Positions 12,201 through 25,400 of a DNA stretch of 64,000 nucleotides are shown in pieces. Below the pieces are notes generated by a model. That model saw nothing but the letters and a program-made list of their open reading frames with translations, made no database searches and had not been told where the DNA came from. Numbering within the stretch: position 1 is the stretch's first letter; every line of letters begins with the position of its first letter. The stretch comes from Ophelia neglecta. Its lineage: Eukaryota. The stretch covers positions 57,474,001 to 57,538,000 of the forward strand of contig OZ260665.1 of assembly GCA_965285935.1 (NCBI GenBank), written 5' to 3'. Made by a program: the position numbers and the translations under genes.

Positions 12201-13869
12201 TTTCAATTCATTGGGATTAGCCTATTGGAATGCAGAATTTGAAAAAAAGGAATTCCCTTGCCATCTTTTCTTAGTTTATACTTTTACTGCACTTGCCCTT
12301 ACCATATGCTAACCTATATAATGTGTTTTCTATTAGCTTGGAATTTCCTCCCATAGATGTGGTAACTAATAATAACATAGAAATTGTTGCCCATTTTTAA
12401 ATACAACATTCCATATTGTCACACTTAGCTACATGAACAAGATGCTTTTATTTGAATACAGCATTCCTTACGTCCTACTTAGGTATATGGTCATGAACTG
12501 TTTCCATGCAAAAGAATTTAGAGAAATATTTGTTAGGTTTTTGTGACACATAAATCTTGTTTAAATGTCAGTTTCTGGATACTGCTGCCATTTTCAGCTG
12601 GGGAGGGGGGAGGGAGATGGAGGACTCCCAATACATTACAACGGTATTTAAACTGAGTTGGTGTGCTGAAAGAAATCAATGCATAAATGAGGTCACAGAA
12701 AAATGTCCATCTCCAAAGCAATACTCCATGGATTTGATTGGTTCTCTTTTTTTTTTAAATATTCCTGTATTGCTTCAAATGGTCAAATCCAGTGTATCCA
12801 TCTGGATCTGTCAGTACAGGTTTTATTTTTGGGAGACACAAGTCCTAGGTATGTTCCAGTATCATCCAACCACATAGCATCATGAGGATACCCTGCACAT
12901 CCAGCAAGTTTTAGCCACAAGTTTGATCCTCAGCATGCCATGGTCTTATATCTTACATAGGTATTTTTTTTGTACAAAAAATTTTGATATTTTTCATTCA
13001 CTTGAATTCTTTAATAGCAGCAAACCCAGCCCTGGTGACGAGGAAGTCAATGTAAACAGGATTCTTGTATTTAGAAAAAAAGTTAATGTGAAATGTTATG
13101 TACATGTACATATGTTGTGCCTGCGTATGTTACTACCCTTTTCTAGGCCACATTTATGAAACAGTCACAACTCGTTTATCAGCACTGGTGTTGTAGGTGA
13201 AATTATGAGCTTTCCATGCAGAGTTGATTTTCTAATATACATGTAGGCCTACCATGAAAGTCCACATGAAATTACCTAGAAGCATTGCTTATTGCAAAGT
13301 GTATCTGTAATTCTTTACCAAAGTGGGTTAATGAATTACTAATTTCTTGTATCCTATTTATAAAGTCTACCTGGAAATAAAATGACTATATTTGGCTTGG
13401 ACCTTGAAAAAATGGCTCAGACAATGTGATGCTTTAAGTGCTACAGTGCCTTCCAAAAAAGCTGATGCCCTCATTCATTGCCCATTTGGCCTGTCCAGCC
13501 CCCACAGGCTCCAAATGGAGAATGTGTTCTGACGGCAGAGTAAGCCTTTCCTTGGCTGCCTTGGCTACAACTGGTCATAATGTGGGATCACTACCATAAC
13601 ACATGTATAATCTTTATAGGTATCTAACAATGATTCTTCTTCAAACAGCTTACCAGCCTCTGTAAATAGATTGATTCACCGCCTACAGCCATTATTAGTC
13701 AGAGCCAGGGGACAGTGATGTGATTACTCTCTCCTTTTATCTTGGAAAAGCCAACAATGGGGGACAATTTTGGCTTAAACATGGATGTATTGACGTCAAT
13801 GCTCTATTATAAACATATGTTGAAGGGACAGAACTCATCTATTTTAAACCTCTTATATATATTTTCAGA

Positions 13870-14050
13870 TTCAGCAGTATTGCACTTTATCCCTCTTAAT
13901 GCATTGGACTGGTGCTTGCCTTGGTGCACCTCCCTTACACTGAAGACAATGCCCATTAAGAAGTACACTATTGTTACTACTTTACTAGCAACTACTCCCA
14001 GCATGTTGTAGCCGCTGTGTTGCAGCCAGCACTGTGAACTCTGTACTGCC
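13870..14050 (-). mobile_element. Possible RTE LINE C-terminal remnant
   Basis: RLQHAG followed by FLMGIV...HQGKH...IK is weakly similar to RLxWxGH / RxxGRP. Confidence 0.25.
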
Positions 14051-14393
14051 GCTCAGGCTGATTCCTACTGAAGAGCAGCAACAGCTTTAGACACACAGGC
14101 TGGCTGTTATTGATTTGTGCTTACAGAGTTAATCATGGGTGATTCTAGCTGATTCAATTGTGGAATCATCCAAACACCATTATCCTGATCTAGATTTTAG
14201 TGATAGGCTACCTTGTGTCCTTCTCCTAGAGAAGGTATATATACTTCTTAAAACTAGGGGAAGTGAACTGGATAGCAGTGATAAGATAAAGAAATTGACA
14301 GTGGAAGAATTGAATTGTAATCTCAAGTTGAGTATTTAGTGTATGAATCCATAAAGCTGTCTCTACTTATTGATATTTTTTTTAAACTTAGCA

Positions 14394-14560
14394 GACTGCT
14401 ATCCTAAGTATGATAAAAGATGTGTTAGCCTTGCCAAATGCTAGCCTAAATATGATAAATATTTGTTAGCCTTATTGACTGCTAGCCTAAGTGTGATAAA
14501 AATGTGTTAGTCTGGATGAGTGCTAACCATAAGGATGATATAAATGTGTTACCCTTGGAT
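14394..14560. repeat. Degenerate 41-43-bp tandem repeat x4
   Basis: Units start at 14394, 14436, 14477 and 14518. Approximate consensus gactgctagcctaagtatgataaaaatgtgttagccttgat. Confidence 0.85.
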
Positions 14561-14561
14561 G

Positions 14562-16187
14562 AGTATCTAGCTCTCCAGGCTGCTAACCTAAGTACCTGGC
14601 TCTACAGACTGCTAACCTAAGTACCTGGCTCTCCAGACTGCTAACTTAAGTACCTGGCTCTCCAGACTGCTAAAATAAGTATCTGGCTCTCCAGACTGCT
14701 AAAATAAGTATCTGGCTCTCCTGACTGCTAACCTAAGTATCTGGCTCTCCAGACTGCTAACCTAAGTATCTGGCTCTCCAGACTGCTAAAATAAGTATCT
14801 AGCTCTCCTGGCTGATAACCTAAGTACCGGGCTCTACAGACTGCTAACCTAAGTACCGGGCTTTCCAGACTGCTAACCTAAGTACCTGGCTCTCCAGACT
14901 GCTTACCTAAGTATCTGGCTCTCCAGACTGCTAAAATAAGTATCTGGCTCTCCAGACTGCTGCCCTAAGTATCTGGCTCTCCAGACTGCTAAAATAAGTA
15001 TCTGGCTCTCCAGACTGCTAACCTAAGTACCTGGCTCTCCAGACTGCTAACCTAAGAACCTGGCTCTCCTGACTGCTAACCTAAGTATCTGGCTCTCCAG
15101 ACTGCTGCCCTAAGTATCTGGCTCTCCAGACTGCTAACCTAAGTACATGGCTCTCCAGACTGCTAACCTAAGTACCTGGCTCTCCAGACTGCTAAAATAA
15201 GTATCTGGCTCTCCTGACTGCTAACCTAAGTACCTGGCTCTCCAGACTGCTAACCTAAGTACCTGGCTCTCCAGACTGCTAACCTAAGTACCTGGCTCTC
15301 CAGACTGCTAACCTAAGTACCTGGCTCTCCAGACTGCTAACCTAAGTACCTGGCTCTCCAGACTGCTAACCTAAGTACCTGGCTCTCCAGACTGCTAACC
15401 TAAGTACCTGGCTCTCCTGACTGCTAACCTAAGTATCGAGCTCTCCAGACTGCTAACCTAAGTATCTGGCTCTCCAGACTGCTGCCCTAAGTATCTGGCT
15501 CTCCAGACTGCTAAAATAAGTATCTGGCTCTCCTGACTGTTAGCCTAAGTATCTGGCTCTCCAGACTGCTTACATAAGTACCTGGCTCTCCAGACTGCTG
15601 CCCTAAGTATCTGGCTCTCCAGACTGCTAAAATAATTATCTTGCTCTCCTGACTGCTAACCTAAGTATCTGGCTCTCCAGACTGCTAACCTAAGTATCTG
15701 GCTCTCCAGACTGCTAACCTAAGTATCTGGCTCTCCAGACTGCTGCCCTAAGTATCTGGCTCTCCAGACTGCTAAAATAAGTATCTGGCTCTCCTGACTG
15801 TTAGCCTAAGTATCTGGCTCTCCAGACTGCTTACATAAGTACCTGGCTCTCCAGACTGCTGCCCTAAGTATCTGGCTCTCCAGACTGCTAAAATAATTAT
15901 CTTGCTCTCCTGACTGCTAACCTAAGTATCTGGCTCTCCAGACTGCTAACCTAAGTATCTGGCTCTCCAGACTGTTAAAATAAGTATCTGGCTCTCCTGA
16001 CTGCTAACCTAAGTATCTGGCTCTCCAGGCTGCTAACCTAAGTATCTGGCTCTCTAGACTGTTTACCTTAGTATCTGGCTCTCCAGACTGCTAACCTAAG
16101 TATCTGGCTTTCTAGACTGCTAACCTAGGTATCTGGCTTTCCAGACTGCTAACCTAAGTATCTGGCTCTCCGGACTGCTCTAACCTA
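14562..16187. repeat. 29-bp minisatellite, ~56 copies
   Basis: Consensus ctggctctccagactgctaacctaagta(t/c), with recurring variants aaaa/gccc in place of aacc and cctgac in place of ccagac. Confidence 0.99.
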
Positions 16188-18189
16188 AAAACACGCACAT
16201 GGGAGAGCAGCACTAAAGGACAGAATCTAAGTTTAATTTATAACAAATGTATAGAGACCAAAATCTGATTAGATGCATCATGTATTCTGTATGAAAATTA
16301 CATAGGGTAACTTATTATCATTGCATGTATCCATTTAAAGTAAATATTAGATTTTAAAATCCTTGAAAACAAAACGAGAGAGGCTTTCCTAAAAGAATGT
16401 GAAGGAAACTTGAGAGTGTTTCTTTTTTAGAGAAATTCAATCATTGACTGTTTTGCTAGTAAAAGTACTGGTATTTCAACCAGATTCAGAACTTGTTCTA
16501 TATCATGCCTGTGCAATGTGTCTCAGTTAAACAGAGCAATGCAATATCGATTGATGAGCATGCACGTGTTTGCAGCAACAAGTAGTGCTAGCTACCTGTC
16601 TGTCTCCTGGCCAAGTCCAGCCCTCTCAACTCATCAGGCTGTTCTAACTGTTGGGCACCACCCCACCATAGGCAGCAGTGCAGGGTAGATGGAACAAATG
16701 GTAGATGTAACTGGTTTTCTGATGGTGGGCAACACTGCAGTGCCGCACTTGATGGCACTATGCCTGACTGCGCCATCACAAGCATCAGCTCTCCAGAGAA
16801 GAAAGTATAGCTTTATTAATGAGCTCCCACAATCATTTAAACAGGTGTCAAAAGACAGATACCCTCAACCTGTCTCTTTCTTATTCAGATATTGATGGCA
16901 GTAACTTTTGATTGAGAAGAGAGTAGTCATGTTCTTTATTGACTCCGAGATTAGCTGACTGAAGTGTTGTCCCCTGGCATGAAATGTGTCTTTATTCAGA
17001 GGACGGGTTCTATCCTTACATGTACATGATGTGGAATGAACCACTGCTTCTCTCTACCTACAGTACATTTTTCACTCTGTAAATTACATATATTAAGTTA
17101 GTTGGCCTCTTTGGTAAATAATGAAACAAAGCAGATGCTATTTCCATCTTTTAGTCAAGTCCTTTAATTTCAAGCTAAAACCAAAACAAAAAGAGAAGAA
17201 CCATGTTTTACATCAAAATAACATTTAGTCTGGATGACCCTACTTGACCTTTATAATTTGCACAATTTGCGGTATTCTTTTGTGTGAAAGGTTCGTGCCT
17301 CATCATCATTATCAACTTACTTGAACTATTTTATTACTGGTACTTGCATGATTCTTTATTAATATAGACATGTGAATAATTTATCAACACCTACATATAC
17401 ATTTAATTGACAATGCCTCAATGTCAGTTTAATTAAGAATGCAGGGTTGAATTTAAAAGCTCTGGTAATATGGTGCTTGTTGTTTTAAAGTAAATACTAC
17501 TTTCTAGTAGTATAACAAACTCCTGATACCTGGTAATATATTGAATTTCTTACATTAAGTAAAGGTCACTCTTCACTGTTCTCTCCATTCTGATCTAGGT
17601 ACATCATACATGTAAAGTGTTTTTAATATAATATTTGGTCCTTCATCATCGTTCACCTGGGCTTGACATTAAGTTTACTTACAATTAAGCACCAAAAGAT
17701 TTGCAATTCCCAGGTGGGGTCTGTTCTTTATTTCCTCATGTCGGTGAGTATTCTTTCCAAAGAATGATGGGTTTTTCTGTCCTTGTTAATATAGCCCTAA
17801 TGTCTTTGCCAGACTGGTTGCAGTTAGTCAGTGACGTTTTGAATTTCTATGAAAATTTGCATGTCACTAAGGTGTGAACCATTTACACAGTGAATAGGCG
17901 GAGAGATTCTTCCTACAGTGTCAGGCAACACAATCGTAGCAAAAAATTTATGAGGTGTGCCAAAACTTGACTTGCTTGAAAAGTTGCCTTCTTCAGAAAG
18001 GGATCATAAATCTATCACTTTACAATGAACTCGTGATAAATTGTATTCACCCACTAGAGTCAGCCACTTTATATGTGCATGATTATTTTGAAATATAACA
18101 ACATTAGCATATTTAGAATACATAGTAAAATATGGAGTTGAATTGCATCTAACAACTTTAAGGACAAAGGACTTTTTATCATGTGAAGA

Positions 18190-18540
18190 TTTTAATAGAG
18201 ACAGTTGAAGCCTTGTCATCATGTACAGGTATGTCATACAGACAGTCATCTTGAAATAAAAACTACACAATGTGAATAATGTCAAAATGGTGATCCCAGA
18301 CTTCAAAGTCCAACGAAAAAGTTATGACTGTTTCAATTGAAAGTTAGGCTAAGTCTGAGGGGCCTTTTTCTCATGCCTTGAACATTGAACATTGAAGTTA
18401 AATGTAGCTGCACCACATTTTCTGTGTGTGTTTTCAGAGACCACAGTTCAGTCTTATCACTATTGTTGTTAAATAAAATATAACAAGAGTGTAGGTATTC
18501 GGTTGATTTTGCTACCTGAATATTAAAGCACCCTAACAAA
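18190..18540 (-). mobile_element. L2-like LINE remnant (post-RT region)
   Basis: EYLHSCYILFNNNSDKTELW (cf. WMxxNxLxLNxDKTE), then WDHHFDII..LCSFYFKM...TYL (cf. DxHIxxxxxxCxFxLxxI..YL). Confidence 0.45.
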
Positions 18541-21500
18541 GGCACTTGGTTCATTTAAAGAGTTAACAAGCTTGATCCCCAGTCCTTGAGACTTTAAGCC
18601 TATAATCAGACAGTTCTATTCAGTGGCCCCTCTGAAGAGACATGTCTGCCAGAAAGCTTCTGTCTGGCCTTAATAGGAAAGCACTTCTTAAACATAATGG
18701 TAAATGATGATTAAGGCTCATCAAATGTTTATACAAACAATTTATTCACTAACATCATGTAGGTATTTTGTAGGGTGAAAAGAGATGATCACAAATGTAC
18801 CAACTCAACCTAGAGAGATCACAAAAGTGCCAACTCACAGAGATCATTCTTGTTTTTCATCCATATTTATATTCATGAATGAATACAAATGTTGCATGTC
18901 TGGGAGGTGCACTTACAAATTACATGTATCTACCTGTTCAGAGAGAAAGTAGATTATTATCTTTAAACTACATATATACATGTCTAAAATCTTTTCAGCT
19001 GTTTTAATTTCTATGTAGTTTGAGATGAAGATTCCTTTAAATGAAGATGGTGGAAATTGATATAAAAGCTTCCTATATAGACATAATGGTGATTTAGGAT
19101 GTCACTGGATTAGTTGTACATTGTTGGAAGCTATCAATTAGTAAAACAGTCGGTTTCTCCTTCCCGATGTTCTTTACTACAAGTAGAAGTAATCACCAGG
19201 TATAAGAAATATTTTATTTAATAAAAATGTTTTTTTAAACTGAGACCATAAATCAATGGTTTGGCCAGATGCACATTTCCTGGTTAAAACTTGGTTTATC
19301 AGGTTTGAACAGCTTTGACCAGGTGTGTTGTGTCTGCATGCCGCTTTGATTAATTACACGCTCAGCATTCACATAACATTCTACCTCCATCAGGCTTGGT
19401 CCTGGCATCCTAGAAATTATAATGAATAATACAGGTGTGTGCTAATCCACCCATGATGGTTAAAAAACTATATTAGCTAGTTGTTTTTTGCAGGTTTCTG
19501 TGCCAAATGCAGTTCCCATGAGTAGATTCCAAGTGTTACTTCTGAGTCTTCTCGTGAGTTAACCTGATTGCAAGTAGACCAGCAGTGTTCTAGCACCTTG
19601 CCATGTGTGGTTTTGAGTAGTATGCCTCATGAATAATTCATTGATATAATCAGTTGGTCTTTTGAATTAATGTTGATTTACATTAATTTAAAATCATGTT
19701 CAGTTAGGTCCCTAGAAATGTGGTTAATTATATTCATAGATGGGATAGAACTCATATGATTTACATTTGAACAAATAGGCTTTCCAATTTGCAACTACTT
19801 AGATTTGGACCTATTCCTCAAAGTGCTCCTTCTGCTTCATGTCTCTAACATTTGCCCATCATATATCTTAAGATCTTAAGAAGGGAATGTGCTTCGTGTA
19901 TAGTTTTGACAAATTATAGGCCCAACAGCTGATGCTGGGTGTTCAGCTTAGACCTGACAGCCTGGGGTAAGATTTTAGAGGGGTGGCAAATGGTCTCGAA
20001 TTGGGTGCCAAATTCAACACTTGTGTTGAGGCTATTAAATACTGGGTGCTATTTCCCATATGGTGTGATGTTGTGTAATCCAGTCTTCTTTTCATTCAGA
20101 GACCTTTTTATCTTCCCAGTTAAAATGATGTAATACCATTTGGTGGGTTGACAATTAAGAATATAGCTTTGCCAAGGTATATTTTTATAGTTTTTAGAGA
20201 AATGTGAGAAGAATCAAAGCCTGAACCAAACAATTTTCTCATGCGGGGACCAATATATTGCTTGCAATTTTCACCTTTTTCAAACAAATAAAGCTATTAC
20301 ACTTGTTGCACTTTCAGGTGATACACTTTTATGACCGGAAGATACTTTCTAGTAGTAATTGGGCACCTCCCCCACTATGGTTGTAGTCTTTAAATGTCAG
20401 TTCATATACAATTGGCTACATGTGTAAGTTCATTTAATTTGTATGAACGTACCCATCTAAACTAAAATGTAAATTTAACAACCAAGTTGAAGCACCAAAA
20501 ATGGAAAAAAGTCAACTATTTCTCCATTAAGGGCCGACTACAGATGCCACCATGGACCCCTGGTGAGCATGGCCTTAAGGGAAGATATAATGATGGAAAC
20601 TTGCCATTTTGCGTAAAAGGCATGGGGCTTCTTTACAAAAATGCCATGCAGAGTTTGGAATGACATTAATTATGCATGCTTAGAAATGTGTGACAGCCTT
20701 CAATCTATGAGATATATAATTTGCTTTGGATGGGTTTTAGTTTATGAAGAGCATTTTATATTCATTGGTGGTCGGTGTCCCTGTGTAAAGTGTAGAGGAA
20801 GGCTGATTACTGTGTTTCGTTTATGTATCTTATATGGGAATGTTATTTTATGTAAAAACCAAAAATAGTTTTTTGGTAATGAATAGTGAACTTGTACTAT
20901 TATGACAAGTACAATGATAATTGTAGAAAGCACTAGTGGAGTCTTCCATTTTCATTAGCATATAATATAAATCATACAATTTCAGAAACAGTCACATGCA
21001 AGCTATATTATAAGTAGAATAGAAGTCCCATTTGCAATTATCAATAATGCTAATCATTATCCACAAACAGACCATATGAAAAAGGTCCTCTTTTTCATAT
21101 TGTACATATTTTCTGGAGTGTCATGTTTTGTACCGGGTCCATAATGTTTTGGTCAGGTAGAAGACTGCAAATTATGTTCACAGGGCTGTGATAACCATTT
21201 TCTGAAGGTGATCGTTAGCTTTGTGTTGGTTTTAAAGGTGTAACAGTAGGGTTCTGTGGTATCTTGGCCCCTTCTGCGGTGCTCACATCGTTAACTGTGG
21301 CCCTCTCCCAACATCAGGCATTTATGTCTATAAAAGCAGCAGCTCCTCATTCACCTGAAATGTTCTAAATTATAAGGTAGAAAAATCCCTGGGGTATACT
21401 TGAATTTTGCAGTTGGTGTTTTAAGTAAACTGGATGGACTGGTTTTGTGCCCATAGTATAAGAATGTGAAGATATTCACACTACAGCTTTGTGAAAACTA

Positions 21501-22249
21501 ACAAACCATTGGAACACCTTCCTAATTACCTAAGAGAAGATTTCTACCATGATAACATGTTGTATCTTAGTTGTCTCTTAGGTGTATCCCATGCTGTTCA
21601 CGTTCTTCTAACTTCTAATGTGTGTATCATGGGAAACTTCCATTGTACTCAATGCCACACATGTCATTCCAGTAATGGATTTGCTTTTCTAATTTAGAGA
21701 AACTAAATATTTTCCTAACCTTCCAAATTACTTAAATAAGAAAGCAATGAAGAATACTTTGTAAACTTTAATTAGGATCATTGCCTGATTTGTTCATGTA
21801 TTGAAAATATGAAAGTTTTTGCTGACATATAGCTGCATTCCTTAACAATTCATAAAGGACTTGCAGATTGTTATTCAGTTACCGGTGCGGTTCTCTGTCA
21901 TCTGAATGCTTCCTCCCTTATCCCCATTGAAGTTCTTAGTTGGACCAATATTTGCTTATGATTAGGCCTTCACAGGTCTAGTGCATTGAATCAACATACT
22001 ATTATATTATTAATAGTTCTAAGTAGCTTGTTTTGTATTGTGCTCATTCACACTGCACAAATGTGAAAACTCCAAAGTACCATTAAAACATTGCAACAAA
22101 CAGACTTGCATCTTTTGAATACAACTTTGATGATATTATTCAACTGATATCAATGCTTTTTTTCCTTGAACATCACCCAAGCACTTTCCATGGACATTCA
22201 TGGAGCTTACAGCCAGCTCATATACTGATTATATAGGTTTTTCTTAAAG

Positions 22250-22430
22250 GCAATGTAAGCATACAAACATGAGATGGAAATGGGTGTAAAACACAGAATA
22301 ACCATAGTATGGTTTGTTCTCGTCCAATTCTGCTTCATATTTCTATACATGTGCAAATATACACATAATGAGTGATGTGTGTTCTCAACAATCAACTGTG
22401 TTCTTTAAAGAGTTGTAGAAGCAGTCCACA
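22250..22430 (-). mobile_element. L2/Rex1-like LINE 3' ORF remnant
   Basis: IVENTHHSL...RTNH...FTPISISCL (cf. IxxDxxHPL...RTxR..SFxPxAIxLLN). Confidence 0.45.
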
Positions 22431-25400
22431 GCACATGATTATTTAATGTTTTCAACCTTTTAAAATGGACCAGCTCTGTAGCCGGTTTTTCCTACCGCCA
22501 TTTGTCATAACATGATTTCATGGCATTGCCCTTCTGTTCAGACAGTGCTGAGACAGTGTCTAGGATGATAGTCACACTTCCCTTGTTTTCTGCTGTCTGA
22601 CTGACTCCTGCTATTAATCATTCTAGGAGAACAGACAAGGTTCTTCTACCCTCCTTGAGTTAGTTGTCTTGTGGTCACCAGAACATTGACGTGGGAACTG
22701 TAACTTGGTTCTTATGGGTTTGATCACAACCTATCAGTCCTTCAAGGTATTCTAAAAGTCTATTTTATGCAGTCAAGATGCCTAATAGATATTTTTTTTC
22801 ATTTTGCAGATGTTAGTTATGAAAATATTTCAAAAACTTTTATGCCAGATAAATACACATTATGTCTGTACATTCACTTTTTACTTGTTACATTATGTTT
22901 CTCATTATACAAACAGCTAATTCAAGTTTAAATATTTTGGCGCAATTTGCAGTGTTTATTCTATTTTCATTAAAATATGATATCTTTCACTTTTTCAGCT
23001 ATCAACACTACAACACATGTACTGTTAACTCAAAATGTCCACAAGCAGGCTTTTTTTTTTAAATTTCACAATAATCATCAACATTTATTATAAAGATACA
23101 TGATCTGGAAAATGTGTAGGCTGAGATTTTCCTACTGGCTACTGTTTTCCCTGAAAATCACTGCCTGCCTTTAGTCAGGGAAAAATTGGTACAAATATAT
23201 CAAAAAAGTTTAAACTGATTAAGGCAAATTCTTGGGTTACAGTGGATCTTTTCAGACATTATGTTTAAACTGTCAGATTCTCCCCTAGAGTAAAATTCAA
23301 GCAAGTTAATTGAGATATTTCAAATAAATCATCTAAGAGACTTCATCAGTGATTCAAGTTAAGTCCAGTGGACACATCGCAATTTTCTCATTGAGGGAGG
23401 TGACACCTGATACTGATTGGGGTGGCGGGTGTGAGGCAGATAGTTTTTGGCTTCTTGACAGATGGAGTCACTGAGCTGTTAAGTACCATGGTGACGCTTG
23501 CAGTTAAACTTGCCTCATTCTCTAAAGTGATGCAGCTTTTCCCTTTGAAAAATAAAGTTCAAAGTCAAGTGTAATTTGTGTTAATACACTGCTAATTACT
23601 GTGAAAGATGTATTATGTGGGAAAGGAAAATTTTCTGGAGGAATTGTTTTTGTGAGTTATGTTTATGGGATTCGGGTGGATAATGGCATGGGAGGGTATG
23701 AGAAGTGATGAGGTGCATGTATCTCTAGCAGTGCCAGGTGCTGGAGTTAGTGACTGGTGGGAACCTCCCTGGGGCTGACTAGGGAGGATATCTATACATT
23801 AGGGAGGAAGGGAGAGAGCATCCTGAGGGAGAAAACCTGGACTAACTGTCCGTCTGATCAATCTACTGACACCAAGATGTCACTCCCCTTCTAACTAATC
23901 AGTGCTGGATATCCAAAATTCTTAGAATTTATACCTCACATGACTATACAACTGACAGAGTGTGTTGTAACACTCTGATGCCAAAAGGCTGCTATCAGTT
24001 TTATTTAGGAAACAGAGAGGAATTTTGTGCTTTCGAAATAAGAAATCTTTGTACCAGGTAGTTATTGGTCTTACAAAGCCATGTCTATTTTCCCACAGGC
24101 AACTAATTATTGTTATGGTAAAAGCTGAAAGTCGAACAATTTTCTAGCAAGTAACTTTTGTCTGTAACTAATGTTTCAAGGGACTTGAGCTGTCAGTTTG
24201 GTATATGCTGTAAAATATTTATGGCCCGGAAAGTTGTTTACAGAGAAATGTGATGGTGAGCCTTTCTCCCATCCATCTTTCTGACAAAAAGTTTAACCTG
24301 TTTGAACTAGGGGACTTCAAAGTGAAAAGTAATTAACAAGTAGACAGTTTAACAGTCATCTGAAGCCTCTGTGTTGCATTCTAATTTTGAGTGTATAGCA
24401 GCTTCCAAGCATGAAAAAGACTATGTACAATGTATACTGCACTTTTTCTGTTTCATTTGGTGGCTTGTGTGGGTGTGCACAGGTATAATATGCTATGAAG
24501 TGTCGGAGAAATGTGTGCCTGGGTTGTTTTACTACAAGGATGTGCTCATTTCAATTAAGATTGTTTTGAGAAGAGTCAATGAAAATGACGATGAAATATG
24601 ATGTAAAATTAATATTCCCTGGGATATTGTTTGATGTTTTGTGGGTAACCAACCAGTAAGATATCCTCTGAAGTCCTAATAAGCTTTGACAATTTGCCTC
24701 TTTTTTTCCTCAGCATTTATATGTCCATGAGACTGACAACTGGTCATGAAAGTATAAATGCAATGAAGAGACCTGTTTGAAAACACTCAGCATGACTCAA
24801 AGCGTTTCCAGCGAATATTCAGAGCTCGATGATGCATTCCAAATGCAGAGAGCATGGCTTTGCATATGGAGGGGGGCAGTTGACTTTAATTACAATTTTT
24901 AATGGACTCTGTGGGGCACTTTCCGCAGTTTGTTGTGTAGGAAATTCATGGATCACAGTGTTAACTCTGCTTTTTCCCATGTCACCGGTCAAAGGTTAGC
25001 TGAACATGTGAAGGAAGTGATGAAGAGGAATGTCAATTTAATGCATTGTTTAATTGTAGGATTCCATTTAGCCACTGTGCAATGTACTCAGGTGTTAGAA
25101 TAAACTGGTGACTGTAGATACTTTATTCGATTGCAAAATCGTAGTGCCTTAAATAGAACTGTTACATACAAATTCTCATGAAATTTGGTCAAGAAAATGC
25201 TATTTATTACTGACATGGCATATTTGTCTATGTTGGGTCTTTTATACATACTATACTTCCTTTTAGCCAGTTAGAATGCATCAAACTCAAAACACAAGGG
25301 CTGTCAGCTGCTGCATTGGACAAAAACAATGATATATTGAATGTGTTACAGTAATTAAACTGTATAATACCCAAAAGCTTTATAAATATAAGCTTATGTA

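Noticed and set aside
14562-16187. CRISPR-like array (29-bp repeats)
   Set aside because: Units are head-to-tail with no unique spacers, there are no cas genes, and the context is eukaryotic.
8826-16187. Common origin of the 32-bp and 29-bp satellites (shared cagRctgcta and tctgg)
   Set aside because: The shared words are too short to distinguish from chance by eye.
19866-19881. 16-bp perfect palindrome tcttaagatcttaaga
   Set aside because: It is a tandem doubling of an 8-bp palindrome, isolated and with no supporting context.
24714-24880. Coding exon after the strong acceptor ttttcctcAG
   Set aside because: Stops occur in all three frames and there is no good donor.
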